Assembly: GCF_036321535.1 (NCBI RefSeq)
Contig: NC_087438.1
Span: forward strand, 4,590,001-4,654,000
DNA length: 64,000 nucleotides
Source of the DNA: Camelus dromedarius
Taxonomy: Eukaryota
Reading direction: 5' to 3'
In this document: piece by piece, positions 40,485 to 54,236 of the stretch
Position numbering within the stretch: the first letter of the stretch is position 1
Layout of the letters: every line of letters starts with the position of its first letter
The notes under the pieces: model-generated
Told to the model about the DNA's origin: nothing
The model's database searches: none
What the model saw: only the letters and a program-made list of their open reading frames with translations
Position numbers and translations under genes: made by a program

Positions 40485-41660
40485 ACCATTTTACTGAATT
40501 ATCATTGACCACACACAATTTCACCCGCTGAAATTGTACAGTTCAGTCATTCTTTTGTAATGTACAGTTGTGCAAACATCAAAGCAATCCAGTTTCAGAA
40601 ACTTCCCATCACATCCAAAAGTTCCCTCCTGCCCATTTAAAGTGAATCCTGCTTCCACTTCTGCCACAGGCAACTACTGATCTTTCTTTCTAGGTTTTTT
40701 TTTTTTTTTTTTGACATTTCTAGACATTTTCACATAAATGGAATCATGCAAACAGTACTCTTTGTGGTTTGTCTTCTTTCACTTGCCATGACGCCCTGCA
40801 CGGATCAGCACTGTTTCCACCAGCTGCCGAGAAGAACTCCATCGCACAGACACACCACGTTTTGCTGATTTGCTGACAGACAGGCATTTTGATGGTTTCC
40901 AGTTTGGGGCTGTTACAGATGTTGCTGCTGTGAACAGTGATTCAAAAGGACTAAAGCTTCCTCATGTAGACAAGGGTGTGGAGGACTTGGAACCCTCATC
41001 CCTTGCCCAGGAGAACGTAAAACGCTACTTTGGAAAGCAGTTTGGCAGTTTCTTTAAAAGTTAAACTTACGCCTGTCACACAGCCCAGACATTCTACATT
41101 ACGTATCTACCCAAGACATGGAAACACCCGTCCACACAAGGACTCTTCACAAATGTCCGTGTTTAATTTCCTTTTCTTGCCTCGCTAGATGGGCCAGGAT
41201 CTGCACACAATTGGTGGCAAGTGGTGGGGGCACCCTTGCCTCGTTCTGGGGTGGAAGGGGGAAGCGCTCAGCCTTGAATCACCAGGTACCGTGTTAACTG
41301 CACACTTCGTAGATTCTTCTTCTCCCATCAGGTTGCCATCGCTCCAGCCGCTCCAGCTGTCTGAGGACTGCTGTTTTCATGGTGTGTATTTGTTTATCCT
41401 TTTACTTTTGTTTTGCATCTTTAAACCTACCTTGTATCTCTTGTGGACAGTATAGGGATGGTTCCAGCTCGCCATTCTGATAATCTCTTTGGTTGGAGGG
41501 TTTAATCCATTGAATTAGTTGCAATTATGTTTAGCATTTTGCTATTTTTTTTTTCTGTCTCATCTCATTTTTCCTCCTCTAAGCATCCTTTGCTGCCTTC
41601 TTTTGTGCTAAGCAAACACGTTTAGTGTGCCATTTTTATTTCTCTGTTGCATTTGTAGCT
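40485..41660. mobile_element. Cluster of ancient L1M fragments in mixed orientation
   Basis: CATAAATGGAATCATGCA (-), TTTGGAAAGCAGTTTGGCAGTTTCTTTAAAAGTTAAAC (+), followed by further antisense pieces. Confidence 0.65.
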
Positions 41661-43317
41661 ATTTGTTGTTACTGAGTTCCAGGTAGTCTAGTCATGGTGA
41701 TCATCCTTTTCTGGGCACACTTTGGGTTAAATCCAGTTGCTCCTCAAAGTTCCCTCTCCCAGTGACGTCCTCCATGGAAGGATTCCTGTCCCCTCTCTCT
41801 TTTACATCCACAAAGCTTGAATGTGTCTGTTGCCATAGGGACAGGATGAGAGTGGGGTCAACTCAAGGGAGAGTCTGAGCATCATCGATGAACAGATGGG
41901 GCTGTGGTCACTGTGGGGCTCCTAGCTGACTCCTGCTCATCCTGACCTCACATGGCACCGGCACTGGCTTTGTCTTTGTTGCTTTTTTGGCTCCAGCAGC
42001 ACCAGGGCTGGTCCTCTTTGTTGGGAAACCAGGTGGTTCCCCACAGCTCCCTGGCTTGAGTGAGCCTGAGGGGACACAGCAGCCTGTCCAGCAGAAAGCA
42101 GCCGATGGTGATAGGACCTGATAGGTGATATCTCATTTTGCCGCCTCTGTCGGGGAGGGGGCCTTAGAAACCTGACTCATTTTTTTCTAGCTCTCTGATG
42201 TGCACTCCTCATGATGTGCTGGAGACAGGTTTCTTGTTGAGCTAAATTTAGCCTCACTCATGTTTTCTATCTGTCCCCTCCTGCTGCCTCTTCTCTCCTC
42301 CTGGCCGTCCTTCCCTGCCCTGGCTGGATGCATTTGTTCATCCTGCACTCGGAACCACCAGACAAGAAGTGGGAATTCGTGTTTATTTCCAAATACATGC
42401 CCATCCTCTTGAGATGTGTGTATGTGTGTGTGTGTACATGCATGTCTACAGAAGCTGCAAGAAGGAATGAAATTAGAACTCTTTTCAAGTCTCATGTAAA
42501 CTACCAAAACTTCCTATCACACTCCAGTACACTTACATTTGATCACTGTTTTATGCCAGTCAGCTCTGGACACAAACAATTTTCTTCTGAGCCATCCTCA
42601 CAAATTTTGTTTTCTTTATTCGCTCATCACCTACCTTCCCTCTTCTGCCCTACTTTATGGGCTCCCGTGTGGCATATCTTGACAGCCTGGACTATTCTGT
42701 GGTTTCACCACATCTTTTTTTTTAGTGGCGCTGATTATCTCCGATAGTTACTTGGAAGGTCATTTGTGATGGACAGTTACGTAAGACCACGGTTCACCAG
42801 TTCTTCTGGAAGCAATTTAAAACATCCAGAAATATATTAGCATTCAAGCATTGCAATAAACCAAGGTTAGAACCCCTGGGTCTGTGAGGGAACTGCGAGT
42901 TATATAAGGAAGCATCACTGGGAGGTGCTATTCCTCCACTGAGGCTAAAAGTGGCTGAGCAGGCAGACTCTTGGCTTTTATTCCTCTTTGTTCACAAGTG
43001 TGTTACATTGTTTCTAGCTCATGAGGAATCGTTGCAACTCTTGCCCAGTAGATTATTACTGTTACTTTCTTCTTAGTTACACCTTGCTTCAGATGTCCAA
43101 GCCAACTCTTTATCTGAGAAGTGGTACCTGGCTAGTGTTATTCCTCTAGGACTTTATCTTGAAGGATGCTGCTTTTTCCTTTCCCTTTTTACGTTTATTA
43201 AAGTAATACAGCAGTTCACAACTGATTAAGTTACATTGTCTCATGGAGAGTGGTGTAAGTGGGTTGAAATTCTGGATTAGATCCTCTTATCCCTCAAAAA
43301 ATATTTTGAAATATGTT

Positions 43318-43720
43318 GTGTGGTAGAGACATTTACTGCTCAGTGAATATCCATATAATGCCTACATTTGCCAGCCCCCTGGGGCTAGACAGGGCCGTGT
43401 GACAAGTTCTGCACGGTGGGCCAGAATCCTAAGCGTCAGTCCTGGACTTTTAGAATGCTTAAGAGAGCATGCATGCCCCTGCAGTTCTCTCTTCCACTGA
43501 CGCACCGGGCTGGAAACCATGGGACCCAGATGGTGTAGCTGTGGGAAGCAATTTGCCTGGGTCTTTGAGTCACTGTTCAGAAGTAAGTGTTCCTAGAAAG
43601 TGGTTGAAATCACAGAAGACTTTGCGAGGGAGACAAATGAACTTTACAGATAAAGCCCCTGAGATTTCCAGATTAGTTTATTTCTGCAAGATAATCTACC
43701 CTATTCTGGCTAATACATGA
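43318..43720 (+). mobile_element. Old MaLR LTR (MLT1J-like)
   Basis: TGTGGTAGA...CTACATTTGCCAGCCCCC...AAGCCCCTGAGATTT...CTGGCTAATACA. Confidence 0.55.
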
Positions 43721-44202
43721 GGCATTCAAATGCTGGAAAATACGACGTCTGCAGCAACTAATAAGTGAACTAGTGTGTAAACAAAAAGGTACTCGGTGAT
43801 GAATAGCCGTTTACACAGTTGAAACCCGATGCTTAGGAAAGAGAATTTGTGACATTTCTGGGAAGGGCCTTTTTAGGGAGAATAAGGTTAGTGATGTTGC
43901 TTGATTTCATTTCCAATGTTTCCATTTTTGTTACCTTGACAGAGGTCCCAAGCATAATTAGAGCCATTTAAATATTTTTATTCATAGATAGAGATGAAAG
44001 GAAAATTTATTCTCCTTAGACAAAAATAGCAAAATAGGAAAAGGGAGGCATTTTCCATGAAAGTGTGAGAAAATGATTGCCTTAGGTGGAAATACCTTGG
44101 GTGTGAGCAGTAACAGAAAAGAAAGGAAAATCACTGTCTATTCATTATTCTAATCATGATTCTTCTAAGAGCCTGGAGATACTGAAGGCACTTGAAGTTA
44201 GA

Positions 44203-44234
44203 CAGTTCCCTTGACTAGCCTCTAGAGGGCGCCA
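44203..44234 (+). promoter_or_regulatory. CTCF-binding motif with upstream module
   Basis: Core CCTCTAGAGGGCGC (44219-44232) fits CCNCNAGRKGGCRS. CAGTTCCC lies 8 bp upstream of the core, at canonical spacing. Confidence 0.65.
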
Positions 44235-47200
44235 CCATCCTAGTACAGCTTGGTTGTTGGGTGAGCTTGGGTGCAGGAGTGGTTGTTTGAGTAGAAAGAA
44301 TTTAAGAATCTTAGGTTGCTGTTTTTACATTCTGGAAATAACTTTTCCATGTAGCAGTTTGAAAAATTAAAGTTACAGAATGCAACTGAAATTCTCCTCT
44401 ACATTTAAATATTTATTTTCCTAATAAAACCCAAGATGTTTGCAAAAGAACATATGAAACAAAACACAAATCAGAGAGTGACTGTGTAATTTGTAAAATA
44501 ATTCACATAAGAATTTCTTTAAGTGGTAACCTTCCTACTTCATTTAATAAAGTTATAATAATTCCTTCATATCAACATTTTAGAAGCAGATTTATTTAAT
44601 AAGGTAAAGTGTATGATCATAGCACAAATCTGATTTACCTTGAAATTGAATTTCCTGAACTCCGTGACTATCCAGAGTCATAATATAACACAAACTAATC
44701 CTTGAGTGCCTTCCCAGAGGCACATTGTGTTTCAGTGCAACTTTGGAAAAATTTCTTGCTCATTATGAAAGCATAGTAGGTGTTGAATACTTTCCAGGTA
44801 AAGGTTGCTGAACATTCATAAGCTGCAAAATTTTTTGTTTTTCAAAATTTCCTTCAAAAAAAGTCGTGAGATTAAATAGTTTACCCACACGTAGGCATGA
44901 CGTATGTGTGCATGTGTGTTCATTTCAAAGCCAGCTTGCATCTTTCAAACAGCAGGAAACACTAAAACTATGCTTCTGGGGCAAGGATACTCCGTTAGGA
45001 AGGTTTTTGTAGCCTGAGGTCTACAGAGATGAAGCGTTTATGTTATTCACCTGGTCTCTTGAGGTACCAGATTATCACTCAGCTGCCTGTTTTCATTTCC
45101 TTAGGGCATCTTGTTAGGATTTGGACTGCTTTGTGCCCTGAGGAAAACACGGAGCAGGATGTGTTGGAAAGATTTAAATCACATCAGGCATAAAGGGGTT
45201 TGGAGATGGAATGTGAGCTAGATCCTCCCCCTCTGCCTCCATGTCAAGCCTGTACGTTGACTGCACCTCTGGGCTTGCTTCTGCAGGGAACACAGACGGC
45301 CCTGCTGGGTGTGAAATTGCCACGAGGCCAGCCTCCGGAGGCTCTCTGGAGAGAGGTCTTGGGATTGGCTGCATTGCCACACAGATGATGCTACAGAGAA
45401 GGATGCGACCGTCACGAATATGTCTTTTTCTTGGGACCTGAACTAAGGGCCTGGGCGATGGAGTCAGCCTGACACGTGAAGAGGTAAGGGGTCTGAAAAA
45501 ATGCCTGCTCAGCATAGAAGAAGGACCTGCACTCACTGAAACCTGTGCTGACTTGGCCTCTTGGTGGTATGAAAACGTGGAGTCCAGACCCTAAACAGGT
45601 GCCTCAGCTGGCAGCACAGAGCAAAAGAGGACCCAGTGCGTGGTGTGGTGATGAGAAAAGTGCCTTAACACTTGCAGGTGTGGTACCAAAGGGTGCTAAT
45701 ATTTCAGAGGGCTTGTGACTAGAAAAAGTTTGAAAAATAACTGAGGTTGGACAATCCACCCTCCTTATAGGACTCATCACCCTAGCTTGGCGTCTGGGAA
45801 AGAAAAAGCTGTCAGTATTTACCAAGTAAGATGAAAATGCAACTACAGTATTTCAGACACTTTTCCTTTTGTAATTGCTCAATAATAGCCTTGACCCATG
45901 TTTTTAGAGGATCCCTTTCTAGACCATACATAACGCAGGTGTTCTTGGCTTGGGGCATCAGTGTCCTTGGGATTTTAGGTCAAAGTAGCTCAGTCCCCAG
46001 GCCCGCTCCCTGGGTGGGTCGTTCCCTGGGCGGGTGACTTTCTCAGTCACCACTGAAGATGTACCTGCAAACTAGTTTCTTTTTCCTCCACCCCACCCCC
46101 AACCATGAAACCGTGGCTGCCCTCCTTAGGAAATCCGATCAAACCAAACTTATCTGGATCTTTGTTTGGGTTTCTCAGAGGTCCATGGGAGCCCACTGAG
46201 TCTCCGCAATCAGTACATCCTTCCGCTGCCCCGCTGTCTCTGGGGGGCAGGCCCTTTGCCTGTGCTGCCCCTGCTCCAGGTCCAAGGCTCCCGGCCAGCT
46301 GGCTCCTGCTGGGCTAGACCAACAGGGCGTGCAGAGGAGAGACGGGAAGGAAAAGCCCGGCGTCTCTCCCCGCCTCTGCGCGGGCAGCGTCTCCAGCTGC
46401 ACCACCTCTGTGACCTTCGCCTCCATCAGATGCACCTGCTGTGGTTCCAGTTTTCCGTCCTATGGGGCTACCCCATGGACCTCTTGCGTCTGTCTCTCTA
46501 GCCAGGGATGACGGTGGCTCTCTTTTGTGGCTTATCTCTGGGTTGTTTCACAGCCCTGAGTGGCGTCTCAGCATCTCCATGGTGCGTAGCCAATGCCCCA
46601 TGTTGAGTTCCCTTTCTTTCTTGTTATTAAGAAACTGTGCTGCCTGGATCTTCACACACACAGTTGCCCCCATGAACTCTTTCATTTTCTTCCCCCCATT
46701 TACTCCCCACTAATACTCCTCTGTCTCACAGAGGTATGCGATCCTGACACATAAACCTCCCAGTGGCTTTCATCCCTCTGAGGAATCCAGTCCTGAGCAT
46801 CCCTGTCCCTGCGAGTGAGCAGTGCAGCCTGAGTGCTAGACAATCCTCTTCCTCTGTCTTGTTACAAATGATCTGACAGTTTGCTTCACATAATCAAAAT
46901 GTTCCTCTGACATTCCTTAGTGCTTAATTATGTTCTTTTAAAATTAATTCATTTTTACACCTGGGTTTATGATCTGAAGGCTGCCTCTAGGTTACGAACC
47001 CCTCTATCCAGTACAGGATAAAAACTATGGGTTTTATCATTAAAGTTTAAGAAATAAACCTGGATATAAGTTGGTGTTGGCCAAATACATTTAATCTGCA
47101 TTTATTCTGCTTTCTTTTTGCAGGAACAATAAAGTTTCCATTTATTGGACATCCTTCATTTATTCCGTCTTCTAAACCTAACCTTTCTTTCATCTTGTAG

Positions 47201-47589
47201 GACATCCTCCCTACATTCTGAGTGGTTTCACGAAACTTGTCATAGAAGGCATCAATTCTGTTTCCTCCCCAGTGTTAACTACACTTTACCTGATTATTCA
47301 TGTATATTTTTCATACCTTGTGTGTGATGCGGGTTCACATTTGTGTGGCTGTCCTTGGCTCTGTAACTTCTTCCCAGTGTGGACAGATTCCTTTTCTTCT
47401 TGTTCTCTGGTCTCATCAGCTCCCTTTTCATCTCTTATTTCATGGAGTTCACCCGAGATTCTCCAACCTCAGCTGTTTCCACTGCCCTTCAAACAGCATG
47501 CTTCTGAGCTCAGACAATTCCAGGGGTATTTCTGTGTTTTTGAAGACTTTAAAATATGCACATGGGATATGTAGTCTGTGATGCTATCC

Positions 47590-47950
47590 CATAGGACATT
47601 CTGGAAAATGTAAAGTGATAGAGACAGCGAACATGTCAGTGGTGGCCAGGGGCTGGGGAGGGAGGGGTGAGCAGGCAGAGCCCGGAGGATTTTTAGGGCA
47701 GTGACACTGCTCTGTATGACACTGTAATGTGTCTAATCCTATAGAATGTACAACACCAAGAGAGAACCCTAAAATAAACTATGGATCGTGGGTGATGACG
47801 TGTCAATGTTCCATCAACTGGAACGAATGGACCACCTGGTGGGGATGTTGGGAGTGGGGGGGACTGCGCATGTGTGGGCGCGAGGGGATTTAGACACTTA
47901 GTACACTCTCCACTCGTCTTGCTGTCTTAAAATATGAAGCCTATTAAAAT
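47590..47950 (+). mobile_element. L1MC-type 3'UTR fragment
   Basis: GACATTCTGGAAAA...AGAATGTACAACACCAAGAGAGAACCCTAAAATAAACTATGGA. Confidence 0.75.
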
Positions 47951-48084
47951 GTGTAAATATAACAATTCTCTGTATAATTAAGAGTTAACACAGAGGCTTT
48001 ACACACAGCAGAGATACTGCTGTTTTCTCCTTTAAATAACACTTGAGAGTTTTTTCCCCTAGGAGTCATTATTAACATTCCTGT

Positions 48085-49484
48085 CTGCAAATGGCATTAT
48101 TTTAAATTTTTTTATGTCTGAGTAGTATCCCATTATACATATACACCACAACTTTTTTTTTTTTTTTTTTGGTTTTAATTTTTTTAGTTGAAGTATGATC
48201 AGTTTACAATTTTGTGTCAATTTCTGGTGTACAGCACAGTGCTTCAGTCATATATGAATATACATATATTCATTTTCATATTATTTTTTACCATAAGCTA
48301 CTATAAGATATCAAATATATTTCCCTGTGCTATACAGTGTAAACTTGTTTATCTGTTTTATATTTATCAGTCAGTATCTCCAAATCTTGAACTCCCAATT
48401 TACCTCTTCCCACCGCCTTCCCACCTGGTAATCGTAAGTTTGTCTTCTATGTCTGTGAGTCTGTTTCTGTTTGGTAAATAAGTCCATTTGTCTTTTTTTC
48501 CCTAAGATTCCACATATGAGTGATATCATATGGTATTTTTCTTTTTATTTCTGGCTTACTTGACTTAGAATGACATTCTCCAGATCCATCCATGTTGCTG
48601 CAAATGGCATTATTTTATTATTTTTTATGGCTGAGTAGTATTCCATTGTATAAATATACCACCTCTTCTTTATCCAGTTATCTATCGATGGACACTTAGG
48701 TTGTTTCCATGTCTTAGCTACTGTAAATAGTGCTGCTATGAACATTGGGGTGCAGGTATCACTTTGAAGTAGGATTCCTTCTGGATATATGCCCAGGAGT
48801 GGGATTCTTGGGTCATAGGGTAAGTCTATTTTTAGTCTTTTGAGGACTCTCCATACTGTTTTCCACAGTGGCTCCACCGACCTGCATTCCCACCAACGGT
48901 GTAGGAGGGTTCTCTTTCCTCCACAGCCTCTCCGGCATTTATCGTACACCACAACTTCTTTATCCAGTCATCTATTGATGGACATTTTGATTGCCTCCAT
49001 GTCTTGTCTATTGTAACTCGTGAAAAAGAATAAAATAATGCCATTTGCAGCAACAGGGATGGATTTGGAGGTTGTCATACTAAATGAAATAAGCCAGAAA
49101 GAGAAAGAAAAATACCATATGATACCACTTATGTGTGGAATGTAGAAAAAGAATGACACAAATGAACTTATTTACAAATCAGAAACAGATTCACAGACAT
49201 AGAAAACAAACTTATGGTCACTGGGGGGGAAGGGGGAGAGATAAAGTGGGAGTTCAGGATTCGCAGATACTAAACTACTACCCATAAGGTAGAAAAACAA
49301 CAAGGCCCTACTGTAGAGCACAGGGAACTACATTCAGTATCTTGTAACAGCCTATAATGAAAAAGAAACATTAAGAGGAATATGTATATGTATAACTGAA
49401 TCACTGTGCTGTACACCAGAAACTAACGCAATATTGTAAACTGACGACTTCAATTTAAAAAATTAAAAAAGCATAAAAGCCAAA
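48085..49484 (+). mobile_element. 5'-inverted (twin-primed) L1: inverted arm 48085-48154 plus 48958-49016, sense arm ~49022-49484
   Basis: The antisense arm reads CTGCAAATGGCATTAT...TCTATTGTAA; the sense arm then starts AAAAAGAATAAAATAATGCCATTTGCAGC and ends in an A tail. Confidence 0.8.
48155..48944 (-). mobile_element. Younger 5'-truncated L1 nested in the inverted L1
   Basis: Pure T run at 48153-48170. 13-bp TSD TACACCACAACTT at 48142-48154 and 48945-48957. The ORF2 C-terminus (LLHRWWEC...PLWKTVW...AATWMDLE) is open. Confidence 0.92.
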
Positions 49485-49829
49485 AAAATTCCATCTGCAT
49501 ATTTCTAGATCCCTTCTATGCCTTCGCAGACATATGCAAGCACACATCTCATCAGAACACGTACACAGGGCTTTCCCCGTCACTCTGGGGCCCTTGATTA
49601 TTTTTTCTGAGAGTATATCTTTGGCCCCTTTTCGCATCAGAACGTATTTCTAGAATTCGGTCTTTCCCACTGGTTCATTGCTTTGCTCCTTTGTCCATCT
49701 TGAGTGGCGAGTGAATTTTCAGCATAAAATCTGGACATTCATCTCCAGCCTGTTGTATATGTTTCAGATATTTTCTCTCATTTGTCCAATTTTTCCTTGT
49801 TTCGGGTATTTATTTTGGTTTGCTTTTTG

Positions 49830-50600
49830 TTTTGGTTTTGGTTTTGGTCACTTGTGTGTTTTAACGTTTCCTGGAGTCAATCTGTCAGCGTTTCCTTTGT
49901 GACTTCTGAATTTTGTGATTATCATAGAAAATCCTTCTCCATCCAGAGATAATAATATCCTGATATTTTCTTTCTATCCTTTCAAAATCATTTCAGAATT
50001 ATTTTTTTGGTCATGGTATAAGTATCTAATTTTATTTTCCTCCAAAATGAGGGCCAATCAGTTTAATTCTGTTGAAGAGAGCACTGATCTGAAAGGGCAC
50101 ATTAATGATGTTTCTAGATTTTCTGTTTGGCTCCAATGATTTACTTTCCATTCCTCCACAAATATATTATTTTAATTCCTATAACAAGACAGTATGTTTT
50201 GATTTCTGGCCTGACTCTTCCCCATTTTTGTATGTTTTAAATTAGATTTTATTAGTTATTCTGGAACATTCATTTACTCTGCCAAATGAAAGTGAGAATC
50301 AGCATGTCAGGTTCTAAAAAACCATGCTGTTGCAATTTTAATCAAGACTGCATTGGGTAGGCCAGCTTTGGGAGAACTGACATTATCTCAGTGTCTATCC
50401 AGGTGAGTGTTACGTCAATTTACTCAGTTTTTAAAATATTCTGTAAAAATATTTTACAGGTATTTTTTTAGCTGTTCTGCAACTTTTACAGGTATCTCCA
50501 TACAGTTCTTGCACATTTCTTGCTACTTGCATATTTAGAGTTTTTTTCCTATTGTTGTTACACTTTCTAATTGCTTGTGACAAGTACATAGAAAATCACC
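49830..50600 (-). mobile_element. Ancient L1ME-type fragments
   Basis: Degenerate antisense L1 phrases such as TTTGGGAGAACTGACATT and TCTTGCACATTTCTTG. Confidence 0.5.
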
Positions 50601-53527
50601 TTAGGGCGATTCACGCCAGCTGCTATAATAAACACTGCAACATCTCAGTGATTTAACCCCAGGAAGTTTTATTCTTGCTAATGAACAATTTGATGCAAGG
50701 TGGGTCTCCTGCGTCTCAGCAGTGATTTAGCTAGCATGCCAAGTCCTTCCATTCCAATCGCGCAGGGCTGGGAACTTCTGGACTCTCTTCCCTCTGATTA
50801 CTGCGTGTCCAGTAGCTCCTCCTTCTCTGAACTCATCTCTTCCCGGTAGTTGCTTTCCAAGTGAAGCTACAGACAGTACAGTCCATCAACATTCTCTGTT
50901 CATCTTCTCCAGAACTACGAGATCCACAGGCGTGTGACCCGCCTCCCAAAGAGTAAAAGCTAAGAGGTTTACCAAATATCTTGCGCAGGATAATGTTGAT
51001 CTGTTTTTCCAGTCTTAAATATCAGTTTTCTTGCGTCTTGCCATCCAACTACTAAAATAGTGCTGTATGTTTTAGGCTTCATTTTTATTTTTTAAATATA
51101 ATGATTCCACTTTTAAGTTACCCAGTTTTGTCTTAAGGCAAAGTGAGCCAATGTTACAAACAGTCTAAAAAGCTGAGTGGCTTTGTGGTTGAAGATGTGT
51201 TTCTTTCTCCTGTCATAGGACTGATAGATTTGTTCTATTCTTAAATGTGTTTTTCCTTTGTCATTTCTAGGAATTTGATCCAAGGGCAAGGGGAGAGAGT
51301 TGGTACCTTGTCAGCCTGTCACCTGCCATCTGGTACTTCCTTGTGAACTGGTTTTTACCATGTTTGAAGTGTGATGCTCAGAAAAAAGCTGTGTGCCTCT
51401 GGCCCCACGAGCTTTTGAGTCCTCGGACGTCACTTATCAGACAGGAAGCACGTCAGCAGTGCCACCTGCTCACCAGCTGTGAGCCTGGAATAATCGCCCG
51501 GACGCCGCGCCCTTGGCGCCTGGTGACCCGGCTTGACTGGGCCACCCAGGGAGACTGGAGGTGTAAGCGTTCTGTTCCTGCTCCTGTGCCAGCCCCTCAC
51601 GAGTGGTGTTGCTCCGGCTGCAAGAACTAGTTCGTTCTCATTTCCTTTGCTTCCCAACCCAGTTCCGCGGTGAGAGAGCGCTTGAGACCGACCCCGGCCC
51701 ACTTAGCGTTTGCCGGCTTTTTCCCCTGGGGGCTTGGCCATGGCCCTGCCTCCCGGGTGGATGCGGTCCTGACCCCCCCCGGCGTGTGCCCGGCTCCTGC
51801 CGCACCCGTTCCCCCAGCCCCGACTCACGCGGGCGCTGCCCCTGTCCTTGGGGAACGGGCTCAGCGTGGCCGGCGAGGGCACACTGGTTGTGGTTCCTGC
51901 CTTCCCTCAGGGGAAGGCGTCTCTTTAGAGGGCCTGACTGGCCCCCTGGGGTCAGCTGCTCCTTGGGTTCAGCTTCCCCACCGGCCTTGAACAAGGTGTG
52001 GGCTTCTGTGCCTCTGTCCCCTCTGGGCTGGTAATCGTTAGGATGCTGAACTTTAGTTAAACGGGAGAAATTCACGGAGAAGGAGAGAGACGGGTGAAGC
52101 TGTTCCCTCCCACGAACACTTCGGCTCAAATCGGTTTTTCTCAGATGAATGATACAAAGTCATACATTGGCACTGATGGAATCTGGGCACACGGCGAAGC
52201 CTCTTTCATGCAGTGAGAGAGTTGGCTTAATTGAATTCTGCATGTAACAGAAGGTTACCTCTTCCAGTGACTCCCTTGTGAGGGATTTCAGTGATAGGCT
52301 CTGAAAATAACCAGAAACCGTTGAAGCGGGCAGGCCATTGAGAAGGGACAGCACCCAAAGAGAATGGGTGGTCTGGGAGGAGGCGGGGCCCCAGGACACA
52401 CCAAAGAGGAGGCTTGGCTGTTTTTGAGTTTCATTGCAAAAGGCCATTAGGAGGATGATGAATTGCTGGCTGTACATACACCCCTTTTGCAGGTACTTTT
52501 GGTGAAAGAATTGTCCACAGTTGGGTCTATGTCATACCAAAGCCTTAAAACAATCAGACGTAATTGCATTTAATAGAGTATTTGTGGGGCTACCTCAAAT
52601 TCTCCTCCACAGGAGGACATATCACAACATTATCACTCCTGAAGTTCTGACTCCGTCTGATTTTCCTGGTGTCAGCGGGAAATGTGAGACTGGATCTGCT
52701 GAGTCAGCTTTCACTTCTGTGCATGTGGGAGCTTTTCTCTACTTGCACCCATGGTGCATCCAGTCCCTGCTCCCTCACTGGCAGGATAAAGCGAAGTGAG
52801 TGCTAACTCTTGGAAGATTATCGTAGGAATTGTTCCTTTTTCATCTTTTCAGAGCACTGGAAGTTTCCAGTGATAAAAACAACACACTCCGTAGAAAATA
52901 GTGTGTAAAAGCACATGCGTGTTGTATATTTCTATAGAAATCAGCAGAGGATACAGAGCGTGTTTTGATTAAATGTGGTTCTTCCAGGGGATGTTTTGAA
53001 ATAAGAAAAGCAAAAGATCAGGTTTTTGGGGGGATGCATGATGTCTACACATAAAATTGAAAAGAAAAATTAAAACAACCCTCTAGATATTGAGCTTGAA
53101 AAAAAGGTAACAAATCCAAGGAACATTTTTATGTGTTTTTGAAATTTGACAATGGATCACATTTCTTCCAGAGGTTTCCTGAATATATACATAGATGACA
53201 GAGATTAAAAACCTGAAATACTTGTAGAATAGATGAGGATGTAGGAAAGAAGGCACTTTCTTTCCATGTTTTTGTTTTTTATTTTTTTAGAAATAGTTTA
53301 ACATTTCCCTTTCTGGTTTCCACCGGAAATCAGTTTCCTTTAGAAATTAAACGAGTGAGAACCATGCGTTTGCCTGAATGTCTTTTTTGGAAGCTAGCTC
53401 TTTGCAGTGTCACTGCCTCAAACCAGGGTCTCTTGAGTTTACCGCTCATTTCCTTAGCCTGTGAAATTGTGTCTGTTGGCAAAGACGAATAAAGGAAAAA
53501 TAAGAATTAAGTGAAAAAGGAACAAAT

Positions 53528-53950
53528 CAGGGGTCAGCAAACTTTTATGTCAAGGGCCAGGAAGTAATTCTGTTCTGTGAGCAGACAGCCTTTTTTGCTG
53601 CTAAACTTTGCTGTTGTCACTTTAGGTGGTGGGGGTAAATTTTTCACAGAGCATCCATATATGAAACCATCATTTGTGCACTTTAAATATCTTACAATTT
53701 TACTTGTCAATTAAAAAGTTTTAAAAAACCACCAAAGACAAGAGGTGAATGAATAGATGTGGCTGTGTTCCAGTAAAACTTTTATTTATGGGTACCGAAG
53801 TTTCAATTTCACATAATTTTCACATCAGAAAATATTAATCACTGTTTGATTTAAAAAATCACTTTAAAATGTAAGAACTATGCTCAGCTTATGAGCCGCA
53901 TTAAAACAGGTGATGGGCTCAGTCAGGACTGCGGGTCATTGCCGCCTTCT
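53528..53950. mobile_element. MER58B-like hAT MITE with a short L1 tail inserted (~53625-53727)
   Basis: CAGGGGTCAGCAAACTTTT...AAGGGCCAG start and GGCTGTGTTCCAGTAAAACTTTTATTTATGG core. The insert reads CACTTTAAATATCTTACAATTTTACTTGTCAATTA. Confidence 0.7.
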
Positions 53951-54236
53951 CTACAAAATCATACCCTTGACCTAGCTTACCTTTAAAGTGTCAACAAACA
54001 CATTTGTTTATTTATTTTTCAGCTCTTTACTGGAACAACATCTAACTGGGTATAGTGTTCTTGGTTTGCACTTCACTTTCCTCATTACTTTGCAAACACT
54101 TACTCCATTGTTTTTTAGTATCAAATATTGCTACAGAGAATACAGTTAGTCTGATTTTTTTTAAAAAAACCTTAATGTCGATTCACTTTTTCCTGAAGAT
54201 TTCATGCTTTATTCTTGAAATCCAATAGCTGAACTA

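Noticed and set aside
48545..48952. 135-aa ORF as a host gene
   Set aside because: It is the L1 ORF2 C-terminus inside a truncated insertion.
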